Virus record (IMG/VR): IMGVR_UViG_3300020440_001567
Span: 1 to 56,667 of that record
Strand: one strand, 5' to 3'
DNA length: 56,667 nt
Source of the DNA: a virus
Taxonomy: Duplodnaviria > Caudoviricetes
Of the stretch, positions 17,693-27,312 are shown in pieces. Position 1 is the stretch's first letter; every line of letters starts with the position of its first letter. The notes beneath the pieces are model-generated. The model did not search any database. It saw only the letters and a list, made by a program, of their open reading frames with translations, and was not told where the DNA came from. The position numbers and the translations under genes are program-made.

Positions 17693-19138
17693 TTACGCTC
17701 CTTCAAATAATGAACTGAAATTGTTTTTACCTTTACCACCACCTGTTGCTCTCGCCCATCTAGTGCCTCTTATATCGGCAAGATAACTTCTGGCAGAACT
17801 AATCAGTTCCATTGGTTTTTCACTAGTAAATACTTGCTCAACAAACGAATTGAAGTACAATATGTTTCTTGGCACGTAATCACTCATTTCATCTGTGTTA
17901 TCATCACCTTTTGTTTTTCTCCAATGATTTACATCAGGTTGATGTTTTAACATCTCGATATCGTTTAAATCATTTGCTGTCTGCACCGCTCTAATATGGT
18001 TATAAACATTATGAGCCATCATCAGCACATAACTGAAACTGTCCCAACTTGTTTTGCCTTCTTTGTTGTTTTTATTTAGGTCGCCTTCACCATACCAACA
18101 AATATCTCCCATTTTCAATTTGTCTCCAATAGCCGATGGAAAAGGAAACGGTATAATACTATCTTTAAGTCTCTTATCATCCGGAGCCTTTTCCATGATA
18201 TACGACCATCTTTTAGGGGTGAACAAATTATGCGTATAAACCAGTCCATTAGCAGTTGATAAAAATGCTGATGCCGAGTCAAAACTAATTGTAAAATTTT
18301 CATTTATATGTTTTCTTACTTGTCTTTGTATTTGTGTTAAAAAGCAGGCCCAATCTAGTTGTGACGTACCAAGTACGTGCATCCAGTCTTTACCGTCAAG
18401 TTTCTTTTCATCTCTCATTATGATTAGACGTTTCAACATAACTTCCATATCACACATATTGATACCGCCCATTGCCCAACCTTCGAATTCAAAATCTTTG
18501 ACAGCGTCATACCAAATTTGTGCTGTCTCCCAATCATCACCTTGTAATACATTTAAAAATTTTGTCTGTCCTAATCTATTCTTTTGGAAAAATTTATTGT
18601 TGTAAATTGTACCATCTAGTGTGTCTTGAAAACTAGTAAGTCCTGTCTTTGGCGAATTCAAATCATCAGCCGCCCACGTAGGCACATCAAGTGTCATGGC
18701 CCAGTCGCTTGTAAGTTCTAGCCAATTTAAAATATTGCTTCTTACTGTGTTTGCTTTGTTCCCTTCGAAGTCTTTCCAATCAAACTTTATAACACCTTTG
18801 CCTAACTGATATCCTCCGGAGTCTCCTACTATTGTGCTAAATTTTCTATCTCTATTAACACACATAGAATCTCTATCTGCAGTCTGTTCTAAATTTAAAC
18901 AGGCGTGTCCTGCCGAGTATAGTGCAGTAGGATAGGTAAAGTAACCTTGATCAGGATTGATAAAATTTAAACCTTCAACGCCGTTGTGAAATGTAGATGG
19001 TATTCTGTCTGCCGGAATATGCTCACCTTTAGTAACCCTTTGCTTTGATATAAAGGTATTATAAAAGTTTGAAATAGCAGGCAGGAATACTGCATAGTCT
19101 CTGCTGTATCTTCCTAAATCTTCTTGCCTGCTATCCAT
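17693..19138 (-). CDS. tRNA-guanine transglycosylase-fold protein, probable DpdA-type DNA base-exchange enzyme
   Basis: DSGGYQ, LDVP, NVLQG, GWAMGG, HVLG, SFDS TGT-family motifs; lies between the replication genes and queD/folE/queE. Confidence 0.78.
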   Translation of the reverse strand: MDSRQEDLGRYSRDYAVFLPAISNFYNTFISKQRVTKGEHIPADRIPSTFHNGVEGLNFINPDQGYFTYPTALYSAGHACLNLEQTADRDSMCVNRDRKFSTIVGDSGGYQLGKGVIKFDWKDFEGNKANTVRSNILNWLELTSDWAMTLDVPTWAADDLNSPKTGLTSFQDTLDGTIYNNKFFQKNRLGQTKFLNVLQGDDWETAQIWYDAVKDFEFEGWAMGGINMCDMEVMLKRLIIMRDEKKLDGKDWMHVLGTSQLDWACFLTQIQRQVRKHINENFTISFDSASAFLSTANGLVYTHNLFTPKRWSYIMEKAPDDKRLKDSIIPFPFPSAIGDKLKMGDICWYGEGDLNKNNKEGKTSWDSFSYVLMMAHNVYNHIRAVQTANDLNDIEMLKHQPDVNHWRKTKGDDNTDEMSDYVPRNILYFNSFVEQVFTSEKPMELISSARSYLADIRGTRWARATGGGKGKNNFSSLFEGA

Positions 19139-19875
19139 TATTGCGCCTGTGCTGGTATTATGTATTTGTATTCTCCCAATCCGGAATCAACAGTAACCTG
19201 CATTGCACCCTCATTAGAGAAATGCAAAGTTAGTTTTGCTGAATCAGATAACTTCAAGATCTGTAATACCTGTGCAACTGGCCAACTCCAACCCTTGTTC
19301 AATTCACCTGATACACCATTAGCAAAAACAAATTCTCCACCATGCGACGATTGGTCACCAAAAGTAAAAATTAAGTTTCCGTCCTCTGTTCTTACAACAA
19401 AAGAATTGTGTTCTGTGTTTGCAACAGATTGAAAGTTGAACCTCTGTACACTTGCCACTGAAGGCTCGATTTCAACGTCCCACTTAACACCTTTAAACTT
19501 TACGGTTTTAAGTTTCTCGTTAATAATCTCAGCATTCATGAACCTATAATCATTCTTGAAATCTCCCTTTTCATTTTCAAAATGAATACCAGTTGGAGTT
19601 TCTGCTCCATTCCTAGTTCCGTTCATTACAGAAATGTTTGCTTTGTCTTTGTACTCCGGACACTTCAAGTGAATATCTAACTTATTCAATTGAGGCATTC
19701 CAAATACACCAACCATTTCTTTATATGCTTTTTTAAATGTACCTTGCAAGATTACTGATCTGTCTTCTGCCATTGAATCAATTGTTGTTGAATCATCGGC
19801 TCCAGTTATTTTAACTAGATCGAGGAACCCCAGTCCATGCGTGTGTTTAACTATGTCTTGTAAGATGTCTTTCAT
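19138..19875 (-). CDS. Putative DNA polymerase sliding clamp (PCNA/gp45-like)
   Basis: ~245 aa beta-rich protein ending Y.YIIPA, next to PolB; start MKDILQ after GGAG; TTGATC-17-TATAAT upstream. Confidence 0.65.
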   Translation of the reverse strand: MKDILQDIVKHTHGLGFLDLVKITGADDSTTIDSMAEDRSVILQGTFKKAYKEMVGVFGMPQLNKLDIHLKCPEYKDKANISVMNGTRNGAETPTGIHFENEKGDFKNDYRFMNAEIINEKLKTVKFKGVKWDVEIEPSVASVQRFNFQSVANTEHNSFVVRTEDGNLIFTFGDQSSHGGEFVFANGVSGELNKGWSWPVAQVLQILKLSDSAKLTLHFSNEGAMQVTVDSGLGEYKYIIPAQAQ

Positions 19876-19933
19876 AATAACTCCATTATACATTATATTT
19901 AGATTTAGATCAATAGTAAAAATAATTTTACCA

Positions 19934-22603
19934 TTAAAAATCAAACAACTTGTTGAAAGTGTTAGATGTTTCTGTGGATTTTATGTCCCAACCTAAAACT
20001 CCAATCAAGTTATCCAATTTACCATCAAGAATAGTTTGTTCCATTGCGTCATGATCAAAAGGCAATTCTTGAAACCATTCTGGTATTCTTAGTTCATCAG
20101 TAGGATATGCAATTGATGTGTAACCAAGTGGATTGTTTTTAAGTTTGCACACAATTACCTTAGCACCATCCGTAATTGGAAGCGAATATTTGTCAGTGTA
20201 CATAGACTTACAGTTGTTCCAATTGATACTTGCTCTTACGTGTCCGGGCATATTTGTTTTGCCTTTTCGTTTTTCCTGCTCATGATATTGTGTAACATTG
20301 TTTGCTCTCTTTGGAGATCCTTTTTCCCAACCTGGTTTTGCTTTAAACTCTATACGGAAGTTAGTAATTGCTTGTAGGACTTCTTCTTCTGTTTTACCAG
20401 TGAGAACCATGTAAAGTACGTCAGATAGAAAATCTTGAACAAACACCGGAGTATCAGATCTTTTTAGATCTAGTCCCATTGCTTTTACTTTTCCTAGTTT
20501 ACCCGCAGTGTCATAACGTTCACCTTCCTTGTCGTAATATAATACCGCATATCTTTTCTTTGTAATAAACAAGCCTTTTTGTGCAACAAGTTCTCTACCA
20601 CCTCTAATAACTTCACCTCTTGTTTTTGGACAATGAAATGCTTTAGTCATAAAATTAGGAAAACTTACATTTACTTCATCCGCAATTTTGTTGTAAAGTT
20701 CTATAATATTTTCCTTATCCCATTGAATCGCTCCAGAATCAATTTCTTTTTTGAGTGGACTGTATGCACTAAAATAAGCAGAATCAGTGTCTCCATATAT
20801 TATACTGTCTCCTGTATGATTGTATGTTCCTGTAATTACTTCATTTGTTTTAGCGGCCATGTGCTTTGTTATGCACCTACCAGTCAAAGTTACAGATTGT
20901 CCAATACGTATGTCAAAAAATCTACAACCTGGATTCAATATTGCACCATACAGAGAGTTCAAATTAATTTTTTTAACAAGTTGCCTTTTATCCCAAAATT
21001 CTCTTTCAATATTATTATCTCCACAATCTATCATTTTTTGTTGCATTTCTTGTCGTTCAGCATACCAACGTTTTAGAAGTCCAGGAATTATTGCTTCGAA
21101 CTCATATGTGAAAATAGTTCCGTTGGCACTGATCATCCATTGATTATTGCCTTCAAATATCAAATCATATAATTGAGCCGCTGACATTTTTACACTTGTA
21201 TCATCTTCCCAATCCACAATTATTTCTGTTCCTTTTTCTTTATTCATTACCGCTTGATATTCCCAACTACCAAATTGTCCTTCCCATGCCGCCGCGAAAG
21301 ATTTCTTCTGGTATCTTGCTCGATTAATTTCTGCAGATGTAATCACTGGACGTATCTGACCAACAATAGATTCAGGACCCATATTCAAAGCACGAATAAC
21401 ACTAGGATACAGGGAATTAATGTCTATTGATCCGATCCAATCATGTACACCTTTTTTTGGAGTGGCCACATAAGCACCTGCGGCCGTCACAGGTTCTTCA
21501 TTGTCATCTTTGTTTCTGTATTTTCTACCAGGTACTATCATGCCTCTTCTGTGCGTTTCATTTACTATTGCTTGTTCCGTAACTGCCACAGCACCCATTG
21601 TAGTTTGTAGCAACACAGTGTTTTGGTGTGCAATTTCGTTTGCTAATTCAATAAATTTTAATTTCTTTTCAAGTTTAGCAAGTAGGTTGGTGTCTTGCCT
21701 GTTATATTCTATGAACAAGCCAAAATCATTTTTGTATAGGTTATCCAGTGACCCTTCATATACAGTTTTCTTTTCTCCTAGTTCATGTTCACCGATAGCA
21801 TCTAATCTGTATGAATGTCGTTCTTCGTATGTGTATTTCCTATAAAGTTCTAGTAAGTCTAAATGCACTCTTCCTATTAGATCATAACTTAATTGCTCTC
21901 TCCCATATTTTTCAAATGTTCTTTTCCTAGGCTTTTCACCCCAAAAGCAAAGTCTTCTCGTATCGTCGCCGGTTAAAACTTTTTGTATTCTTCCAACAGT
22001 GTAAGGAATATCATAACCTTCGGAGTTCCATCCACTTAATATATCAGCGTCATCTATCAAAGTAAGGAAAGCATCAAGCATATCCTTTTCTTTTTCAAAC
22101 AGTAAAACGTTCTCAAACCTCTCTACTTGTTGTTTTGCATGACTCATATTCATACCCTTTGGTGGCATTGCCAAAGTTATTAATTGATCAGTCCAATTAA
22201 GATAACAACTGATTGCAGTTATCGGCATGAAAGGATCATCTGTAGTGGAATATCCTCTTTCTGGATCAAAGTCAACCTCAATATCAAAAAAACAAACGTT
22301 TAGTTTTGGAGTTTCTTTTCCTAAGTAATTTTCTTCCAAGCAACGAAACACAGGATTTATATCCTGTTCAAACAATTCATATTTTGATCTCATACGTTGT
22401 TCCTTAATGAATTCTTTATGCGTGGTACAAGAGACTTTTTGTAACTTCTCTCCTGTCATCGCTTTGTATTTTCCACGTGCATCGGGATAGTAAAAAGTGT
22501 ATCTAGCAGGATAGTCTGTAAAAACACGTCTACCTTCTTGATTTCTTTCAACCACGTATACTTTATCTTCGTCTTTTTTATAAAGTGCGTCTATGTAACT
22601 CAT
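19934..22603 (-). CDS. Family B DNA polymerase
   Basis: Exo FFDIE, WNSEGYD, YNRQD; pol DINSLYPS, KINLNSLYG, YGDTDS, KKRY. Confidence 0.96.
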   Translation of the reverse strand: MSYIDALYKKDEDKVYVVERNQEGRRVFTDYPARYTFYYPDARGKYKAMTGEKLQKVSCTTHKEFIKEQRMRSKYELFEQDINPVFRCLEENYLGKETPKLNVCFFDIEVDFDPERGYSTTDDPFMPITAISCYLNWTDQLITLAMPPKGMNMSHAKQQVERFENVLLFEKEKDMLDAFLTLIDDADILSGWNSEGYDIPYTVGRIQKVLTGDDTRRLCFWGEKPRKRTFEKYGREQLSYDLIGRVHLDLLELYRKYTYEERHSYRLDAIGEHELGEKKTVYEGSLDNLYKNDFGLFIEYNRQDTNLLAKLEKKLKFIELANEIAHQNTVLLQTTMGAVAVTEQAIVNETHRRGMIVPGRKYRNKDDNEEPVTAAGAYVATPKKGVHDWIGSIDINSLYPSVIRALNMGPESIVGQIRPVITSAEINRARYQKKSFAAAWEGQFGSWEYQAVMNKEKGTEIIVDWEDDTSVKMSAAQLYDLIFEGNNQWMISANGTIFTYEFEAIIPGLLKRWYAERQEMQQKMIDCGDNNIEREFWDKRQLVKKINLNSLYGAILNPGCRFFDIRIGQSVTLTGRCITKHMAAKTNEVITGTYNHTGDSIIYGDTDSAYFSAYSPLKKEIDSGAIQWDKENIIELYNKIADEVNVSFPNFMTKAFHCPKTRGEVIRGGRELVAQKGLFITKKRYAVLYYDKEGERYDTAGKLGKVKAMGLDLKRSDTPVFVQDFLSDVLYMVLTGKTEEEVLQAITNFRIEFKAKPGWEKGSPKRANNVTQYHEQEKRKGKTNMPGHVRASINWNNCKSMYTDKYSLPITDGAKVIVCKLKNNPLGYTSIAYPTDELRIPEWFQELPFDHDAMEQTILDGKLDNLIGVLGWDIKSTETSNTFNKLFDF

Positions 22604-23280
22604 TTATTTTCCAATTGAAATTTATCTTTGCATATATTGTAAAACTTTTTTGCAACCTCTTTATCCAACACCGTGCTCTCTGCAGATAGTTGTCCGGTCT
22701 CGTATGCATAGTTTAACGGATAAAGTCCAAGATGTCTACTCATATCTATGTAATCAGGTATATTAAGTGCGTGTCCTTCTCTTGTGGTAAAAGCATCTGG
22801 TGGCGACAAATAATCATAATAACTGGTCCAGTTAAATGGAATGTTCTTTGACTTACAAAAACTTATTGCAGTGAAAATATGTTTGAAACTATCATTATAC
22901 AGTTTTGTTTGATCATTCAACTGGAAGAAGTGATGCCAAAGTTTTTGCGACCTGTAATGTTCCTGCCACTCACCGTTTTTGAATCTCCCACATCCGCACC
23001 AGTTTTTATCTGATGTTTCCACCTGATAAGGATAATCTTTTAATTTTTGATCCTTTCTTAATTGCATATCAACTCTTGTCAGTCCTGTGAACTGCAAAAA
23101 TACATAATCCAACTTTGTTTTTATTGTATTATCCCATTCGAAGAGCATAGAAGAAATATATTCGTTACCCATTCCTGGAGCAGATTTGTTATACCATGTG
23201 ATATCTTCTTTTTGGAATATGTCATCGAGAACATACTCAAGACCTACACAATGTTCATCACCTATAATTAATGCGTTCAT
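22600..23280 (-). CDS. Hypothetical protein (weak SGNH-hydrolase-like pattern)
   Basis: LIIGD...N.SAPGMGN...DYVFLQFT; likely start 23280. Confidence 0.55.
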   Translation of the reverse strand: MNALIIGDEHCVGLEYVLDDIFQKEDITWYNKSAPGMGNEYISSMLFEWDNTIKTKLDYVFLQFTGLTRVDMQLRKDQKLKDYPYQVETSDKNWCGCGRFKNGEWQEHYRSQKLWHHFFQLNDQTKLYNDSFKHIFTAISFCKSKNIPFNWTSYYDYLSPPDAFTTREGHALNIPDYIDMSRHLGLYPLNYAYETGQLSAESTVLDKEVAKKFYNICKDKFQLENK

Positions 23281-23561
23281 TAAAATACAAATACTTTCAA
23301 ATTGCCAATTATATTCATTAGTGTAAACCAAGCAGTCAAAGTACATAACCAGATTTGCCTACGTCTAATTGCCGCAACTAGCAAAGTGCTTGACCCTACC
23401 AAGTAAAGGGGAAACACTATACTCATTATAGGATTAGGCGAAGTAAATGTCAAGAAGCAAGATCCTGCAATGGTAAACGATACCGAAACCAACTCAAACC
23501 AAAATGATAATTTGTCTGACTTATAACTGCTTACCCAAAATTCTTTGAGTAATTTCAACAT
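23280..23561 (-). CDS. Small 3-TM membrane protein
   Basis: Three hydrophobic helices. Confidence 0.7.
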   Translation of the reverse strand: MLKLLKEFWVSSYKSDKLSFWFELVSVSFTIAGSCFLTFTSPNPIMSIVFPLYLVGSSTLLVAAIRRRQIWLCTLTAWFTLMNIIGNLKVFVF

Positions 23562-23818
23562 TATAATTTCCCGGCTGAGTTCAGTATGCTTTCAAGTGTA
23601 TCCATATCATCGGCAATGTTTTGGTAGTTTCCTTTGTGTGCCACTGATATTGCTTTGTTTATAAGTGCTGGTTTCAATTCAAGTTCTTCAGCCACTGCTT
23701 TCACAGTATCTTTGAGACCGGATTTCAAATCCTCGACTTCTCCAAGTACCTGTGAACCTTGAGATATTATTTGAATTATTTTCTGCTTTTCTGCATCATT
23801 AAAATTTCTAACTGACAT
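23561..23818 (-). CDS. Small dsDNA-binding protein (T4 DsbA/GapR-like)
   Basis: Helical pattern E.EDLK..LKD.VK...EELEL.PA.INKAI. Confidence 0.5.
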   Translation of the reverse strand: MSVRNFNDAEKQKIIQIISQGSQVLGEVEDLKSGLKDTVKAVAEELELKPALINKAISVAHKGNYQNIADDMDTLESILNSAGKL

Positions 23819-24241
23819 TTATGCTCCTTTGTAGGCGTCTAAAGTTCTTTGAAATTTACCTGCGTGTGATTTTTCTGCCTTTGCTAATGTTTCGAACCAG
23901 TCTGCGATTTCATCGAAACCTTCATCTCTGGCTGTCCTAGCCATGCCTGGATACATATCTGTATACTCGTGCGTCTCTCCGTGTATGGCCGATGACAGAT
24001 TTTGTTCCGTCTCACCCATTGGTTCACCTGTTGCTGGATCTCCCACTTCTTCCAAGTATTCTAGATGTCCGTGTGCGTGTCCTGTCTCACCTTCTGCTGT
24101 TGATCTAAATACAGATGCCACGTCAGGTGCGCCTTCTATGTCTGCCTTTTGAGCAAAGTATAGATATCTTCTGTTAGCCATTGATTCGCCGGCAAAAGCG
24201 TCTTTTAAGTTTTGTGCTGTTTTGCTTTCTTTTAGTTCCAT
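23819..24241 (-). CDS. Rubrerythrin (short, no rubredoxin domain)
   Basis: NL..AFAGES.A..RY, ETGHA, GETHEY..MYP, AEKSHA diiron motifs. Confidence 0.92.
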   Translation of the reverse strand: MELKESKTAQNLKDAFAGESMANRRYLYFAQKADIEGAPDVASVFRSTAEGETGHAHGHLEYLEEVGDPATGEPMGETEQNLSSAIHGETHEYTDMYPGMARTARDEGFDEIADWFETLAKAEKSHAGKFQRTLDAYKGA

Positions 24242-24293
24242 TTTTTTTCTCCTGTTATATTTGTATTATATAACAGAATTTGACTAGATGCAA

Positions 24294-24797
24294 CTATTTT
24301 TTTGATTTGTTTGAAACGTTTATTGCTTTACCACGTCTGTCTGGATTTTTATCTTTTGATCGTTTTCGCCTTACTGCCGAAGCAATGGCTTTTTTACCAC
24401 CTTTGGATCTCAATGAGGCCGCTCTGGCTTTAGACAAACATTTAGGTTTTCCTTCACCTTTGCCCCTATCGCCACACTTGCCAATACGTTCACCTTTGGC
24501 GTTATATCTGTCCCAGCCACCTCCGCCGGCACCACCTTTTTTGCCTTTGCCGAACCAGGCTCTTAAATCTTCGTGTAAGTCGCACTGAGAAAGAGCATTG
24601 TAGTTTCTTCTTAAGAAATTTAAAGCAGATGATTCATCCTGAGATTCAAATACAACTTCATTAAATTTATCTATAACTTGAAAAGTATTTTCATTTTTAA
24701 CGCAGTTAGGTACACGTTTTCCAAAAAGCATTTTGGTTCCTTTTTTGGTGTAACCTTTCCAACATCTAGTTCCTTCTAAAATTTCTAAAATTTTCAT
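24294..24797 (-). CDS. Basic Cys-containing modular protein with N-terminal MKILEILE tag
   Basis: CWKGY...VPNCV module and DLRAWF...KPKC module, each following Glu. Confidence 0.75.
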   Translation of the reverse strand: MKILEILEGTRCWKGYTKKGTKMLFGKRVPNCVKNENTFQVIDKFNEVVFESQDESSALNFLRRNYNALSQCDLHEDLRAWFGKGKKGGAGGGGWDRYNAKGERIGKCGDRGKGEGKPKCLSKARAASLRSKGGKKAIASAVRRKRSKDKNPDRRGKAINVSNKSKK

Positions 24798-25405
24798 TTA
24801 TTAAAACTTTCATTAATATCGACTGAACCGTGTCGTGCATCTTTGGTTGGATTACCTTCTTGTAATACTTTTGCCCAAGTGGTCATATTAATTGCACAAT
24901 TTTTAACTTGATTGAAAGTATCATCATCCTTTTTAATTTCATCTAGTCCTTGTGCTTTTGATTCTACGTTACATTGTGGTGGAATAGTAAATCCTAAATT
25001 ACTTGCAAAATTAAAACAGTTTCCGTGTATATGTTGGAATCCATCTCCGCCGCCTGATACTAAAGTACCAAATACTTTATTATAAAAAGGTTGGAATTTA
25101 TTATCCTTTGCCCAACTGTATATTGGATCCATTCTTTCAAACATTGCTTGTATGTGACAACTGTGTCCACCCCACCATATCGGTGTTGCAAATACTACAC
25201 CATCTGCTTTAAACATTTTTAAAAGATGTGGTTTTAGTTCATCATCAAGATCAGATGTTGAACCTTCGTAATTTAATTCTCTTAATGTAATAATTTCACA
25301 TTCATGATTTAATTTTTCAAATGCCAATTGAAGCATTTTACATACTGCGAATGTATTTGATTCAGCGTCCGGCTTTAGGCTTCCATTGTAAATAATAAAT
25401 TTCAT
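24794..25405 (-). CDS. Flavodoxin-like NAD(P)H-dependent FMN reductase
   Basis: NGSLK...SNT, ADGVVFATPIWWG, ERMD, NKVFG. Confidence 0.85.
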   Translation of the reverse strand: MKFIIYNGSLKPDAESNTFAVCKMLQLAFEKLNHECEIITLRELNYEGSTSDLDDELKPHLLKMFKADGVVFATPIWWGGHSCHIQAMFERMDPIYSWAKDNKFQPFYNKVFGTLVSGGGDGFQHIHGNCFNFASNLGFTIPPQCNVESKAQGLDEIKKDDDTFNQVKNCAINMTTWAKVLQEGNPTKDARHGSVDINESFNK

Positions 25406-25593
25406 TACTTCTTGCTTTTGTTACCCCAGTTAGCCGCACCAACTTTTCGGCAACGGACTAAGGCACCAGAAGCATAAGCGGATGGCCAAACTTTGTATCT
25501 TGATTTAACTTTGTGATAGCAGGCGTCTTTTTTCTCTGCCAACACTTCAAATTCTTCTTCAGTGATTCCTGTGACTTCGTTTACTTTTACCAT
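25405..25593 (-). CDS. Small basic Cys-pair protein (KDACYHKVKSRYKVWPSAYASGALVRCRK)
   Basis: ORF with acidic leader MVKVNEV...LAE, then a basic peptide. Confidence 0.75.
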   Translation of the reverse strand: MVKVNEVTGITEEEFEVLAEKKDACYHKVKSRYKVWPSAYASGALVRCRKVGAANWGNKSKK

Positions 25594-26366
25594 TTCCTAC
25601 AACTCCAATATCTTGCTTTTGTTTTTGGACCTGGATTTGCACAGTTGTGACGTGCTCTAAAACTTTTCCTTGCTTTAGGATTTGATTTTCTGATCCTCAT
25701 GGTTTTTCTTTTAGCACTTGTACCACCGTGTCCGAAGTTGACTTTTTTAACATTTCCGGATTTTGGATCTTTTACATAAACTTTAAACTTCTTGACATCA
25801 CCTCTCATTGGTTTGTTAAGTGGAACTTTTCGTCCTCTGTATTCTGCATCAAATAATTCTGTCTCGTCTTCTGGGAAACCTAGTGGACCTAAAACTTCTT
25901 CAAAGTCTTCGTCTTCTTCTATATCAAATTCATCGCCTTCTGGAAATGGTGTGTACTCATGTTCATCCATAGATAGGTCATCTTCAACCTGTCCCAATGC
26001 TGTCAGTGCCGATGTTTTTGCATCATCATCTATAGGTAGTTCTGCTATTCTATCTTTCATTGCTGAGATGTCAAGCATTAATTTTGTGTAATCTATGTCG
26101 CTTTGTTTCGGTTCTTCTTGTACAGGTGCGTTGAGACCGTCAATCCTGCTTATTATATCTTTCATATTTTCAAAACTAAAACTCTCTGTCATGTTTGCTT
26201 TCATCATTTGGTTTGGTGCTTTAGTAAAATCATCTGTTTTACGTAGTCCTCTACTGCCTGCGGAGTTAGGACTTTGCTTCTGTTCATCAGAGTCAACGTG
26301 CCCTCTTTGGGTCAATCTAGTAACATCATCTAGATATTTTTGGTATGAAAATTGTGAACCGCTCAT
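25587..26366 (-). CDS. Modular protein, acidic N-region plus basic Cys C-terminal module (ARKSFRARHNC...ARYWSC)
   Basis: ORF; TAAATA 8 nt upstream. Confidence 0.8.
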   Translation of the reverse strand: MSGSQFSYQKYLDDVTRLTQRGHVDSDEQKQSPNSAGSRGLRKTDDFTKAPNQMMKANMTESFSFENMKDIISRIDGLNAPVQEEPKQSDIDYTKLMLDISAMKDRIAELPIDDDAKTSALTALGQVEDDLSMDEHEYTPFPEGDEFDIEEDEDFEEVLGPLGFPEDETELFDAEYRGRKVPLNKPMRGDVKKFKVYVKDPKSGNVKKVNFGHGGTSAKRKTMRIRKSNPKARKSFRARHNCANPGPKTKARYWSCRKW

Positions 26367-26456
26367 AGTAGTTGTATTTATTAAACTTGCCTTATTGCTA
26401 ATTTAATCTACGGTTTTGATTATTGTGGAAATACGCACTAATGCGTTAATTGTTGA

Positions 26457-27287
26457 CTATTTTTGCTCTGATAAGTCATTTGAGAACTTTACGTCCTCTT
26501 TTTCAACAGGTGCTTCTCCAACGTCTAGACGTTGTCCTTTTTGTCTAGGTTGATCATCAAACTCTTTGTCTAGCATTGGCACTTCACCAGTATCATCTTC
26601 TTCTTCTTTGTTGTCTTTTTCTTCGTCTTTATCTTTCTCAACAACCACTTCTTCTTCCGGTTGTTCAGCCTTTTCAGCATCTGCAATTACATCTTTAGTT
26701 TCTGGTGTGCTTATAACAAATGAATCTTCATTCATATCAACTTGATTGTTTGAAAATTTATTGTAAAGTTCAACTAAATCTTCTCCCTCTGCTTCTTTAA
26801 CATATTCAGTGACGTCTTCGATAAATTTAGATTTGAATCCTTCTATGTCTAAAGTTGCTTCTTCTTTTTCTTCTGCTTTTAACTCTGCGAGTTGCTGTTC
26901 AAGTTCAGCAATTTTTGTTAACCTTTTGTCTTCTTCTGTAACTGTTTTTTTGATTGTTGTAGAAATAGAATCATCTGCATCTGATTCCTCTATTGCTTTT
27001 GTGATGGATGATTTTTCTGTTTGTTCGTCTTTGTCTTCATGAGTTATTCTATCAACAAGTTTTTCAGCGTCTTTTGAAATAGATGCTGGTTGTTCATATT
27101 CTTTAATTCCTGCCAACTTGGCGATATCTGCTAATGAAACATCTTTATTATCTAAAACTTGTGGTTCTGCCGATGCGGCTTCCATGAGAGAGTTTCTTTC
27201 TTGCTCAGGAGAAAAGTTGCTTAACTGGTTAAGTCTCGCCACTAGATCCGCAAATGTGCTGTCTTTTTGTTTTTTGTTACGTGCCAT
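26457..27287 (-). CDS. Highly acidic coiled-coil protein (scaffold/core-like)
   Basis: E/D-rich, IAKLAGIKE motif; TAAATA 5 nt upstream. Confidence 0.7.
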   Translation of the reverse strand: MARNKKQKDSTFADLVARLNQLSNFSPEQERNSLMEAASAEPQVLDNKDVSLADIAKLAGIKEYEQPASISKDAEKLVDRITHEDKDEQTEKSSITKAIEESDADDSISTTIKKTVTEEDKRLTKIAELEQQLAELKAEEKEEATLDIEGFKSKFIEDVTEYVKEAEGEDLVELYNKFSNNQVDMNEDSFVISTPETKDVIADAEKAEQPEEEVVVEKDKDEEKDNKEEEDDTGEVPMLDKEFDDQPRQKGQRLDVGEAPVEKEDVKFSNDLSEQK

Positions 27288-27312
27288 ATGATTATTTAGT
27301 CTTGTTACAGTT

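Noticed and set aside
19934-22603. Intein or intron in the DNA polymerase
   Set aside because: The 889-aa ORF is continuous with normally spaced motifs and has no intein or homing-endonuclease signature
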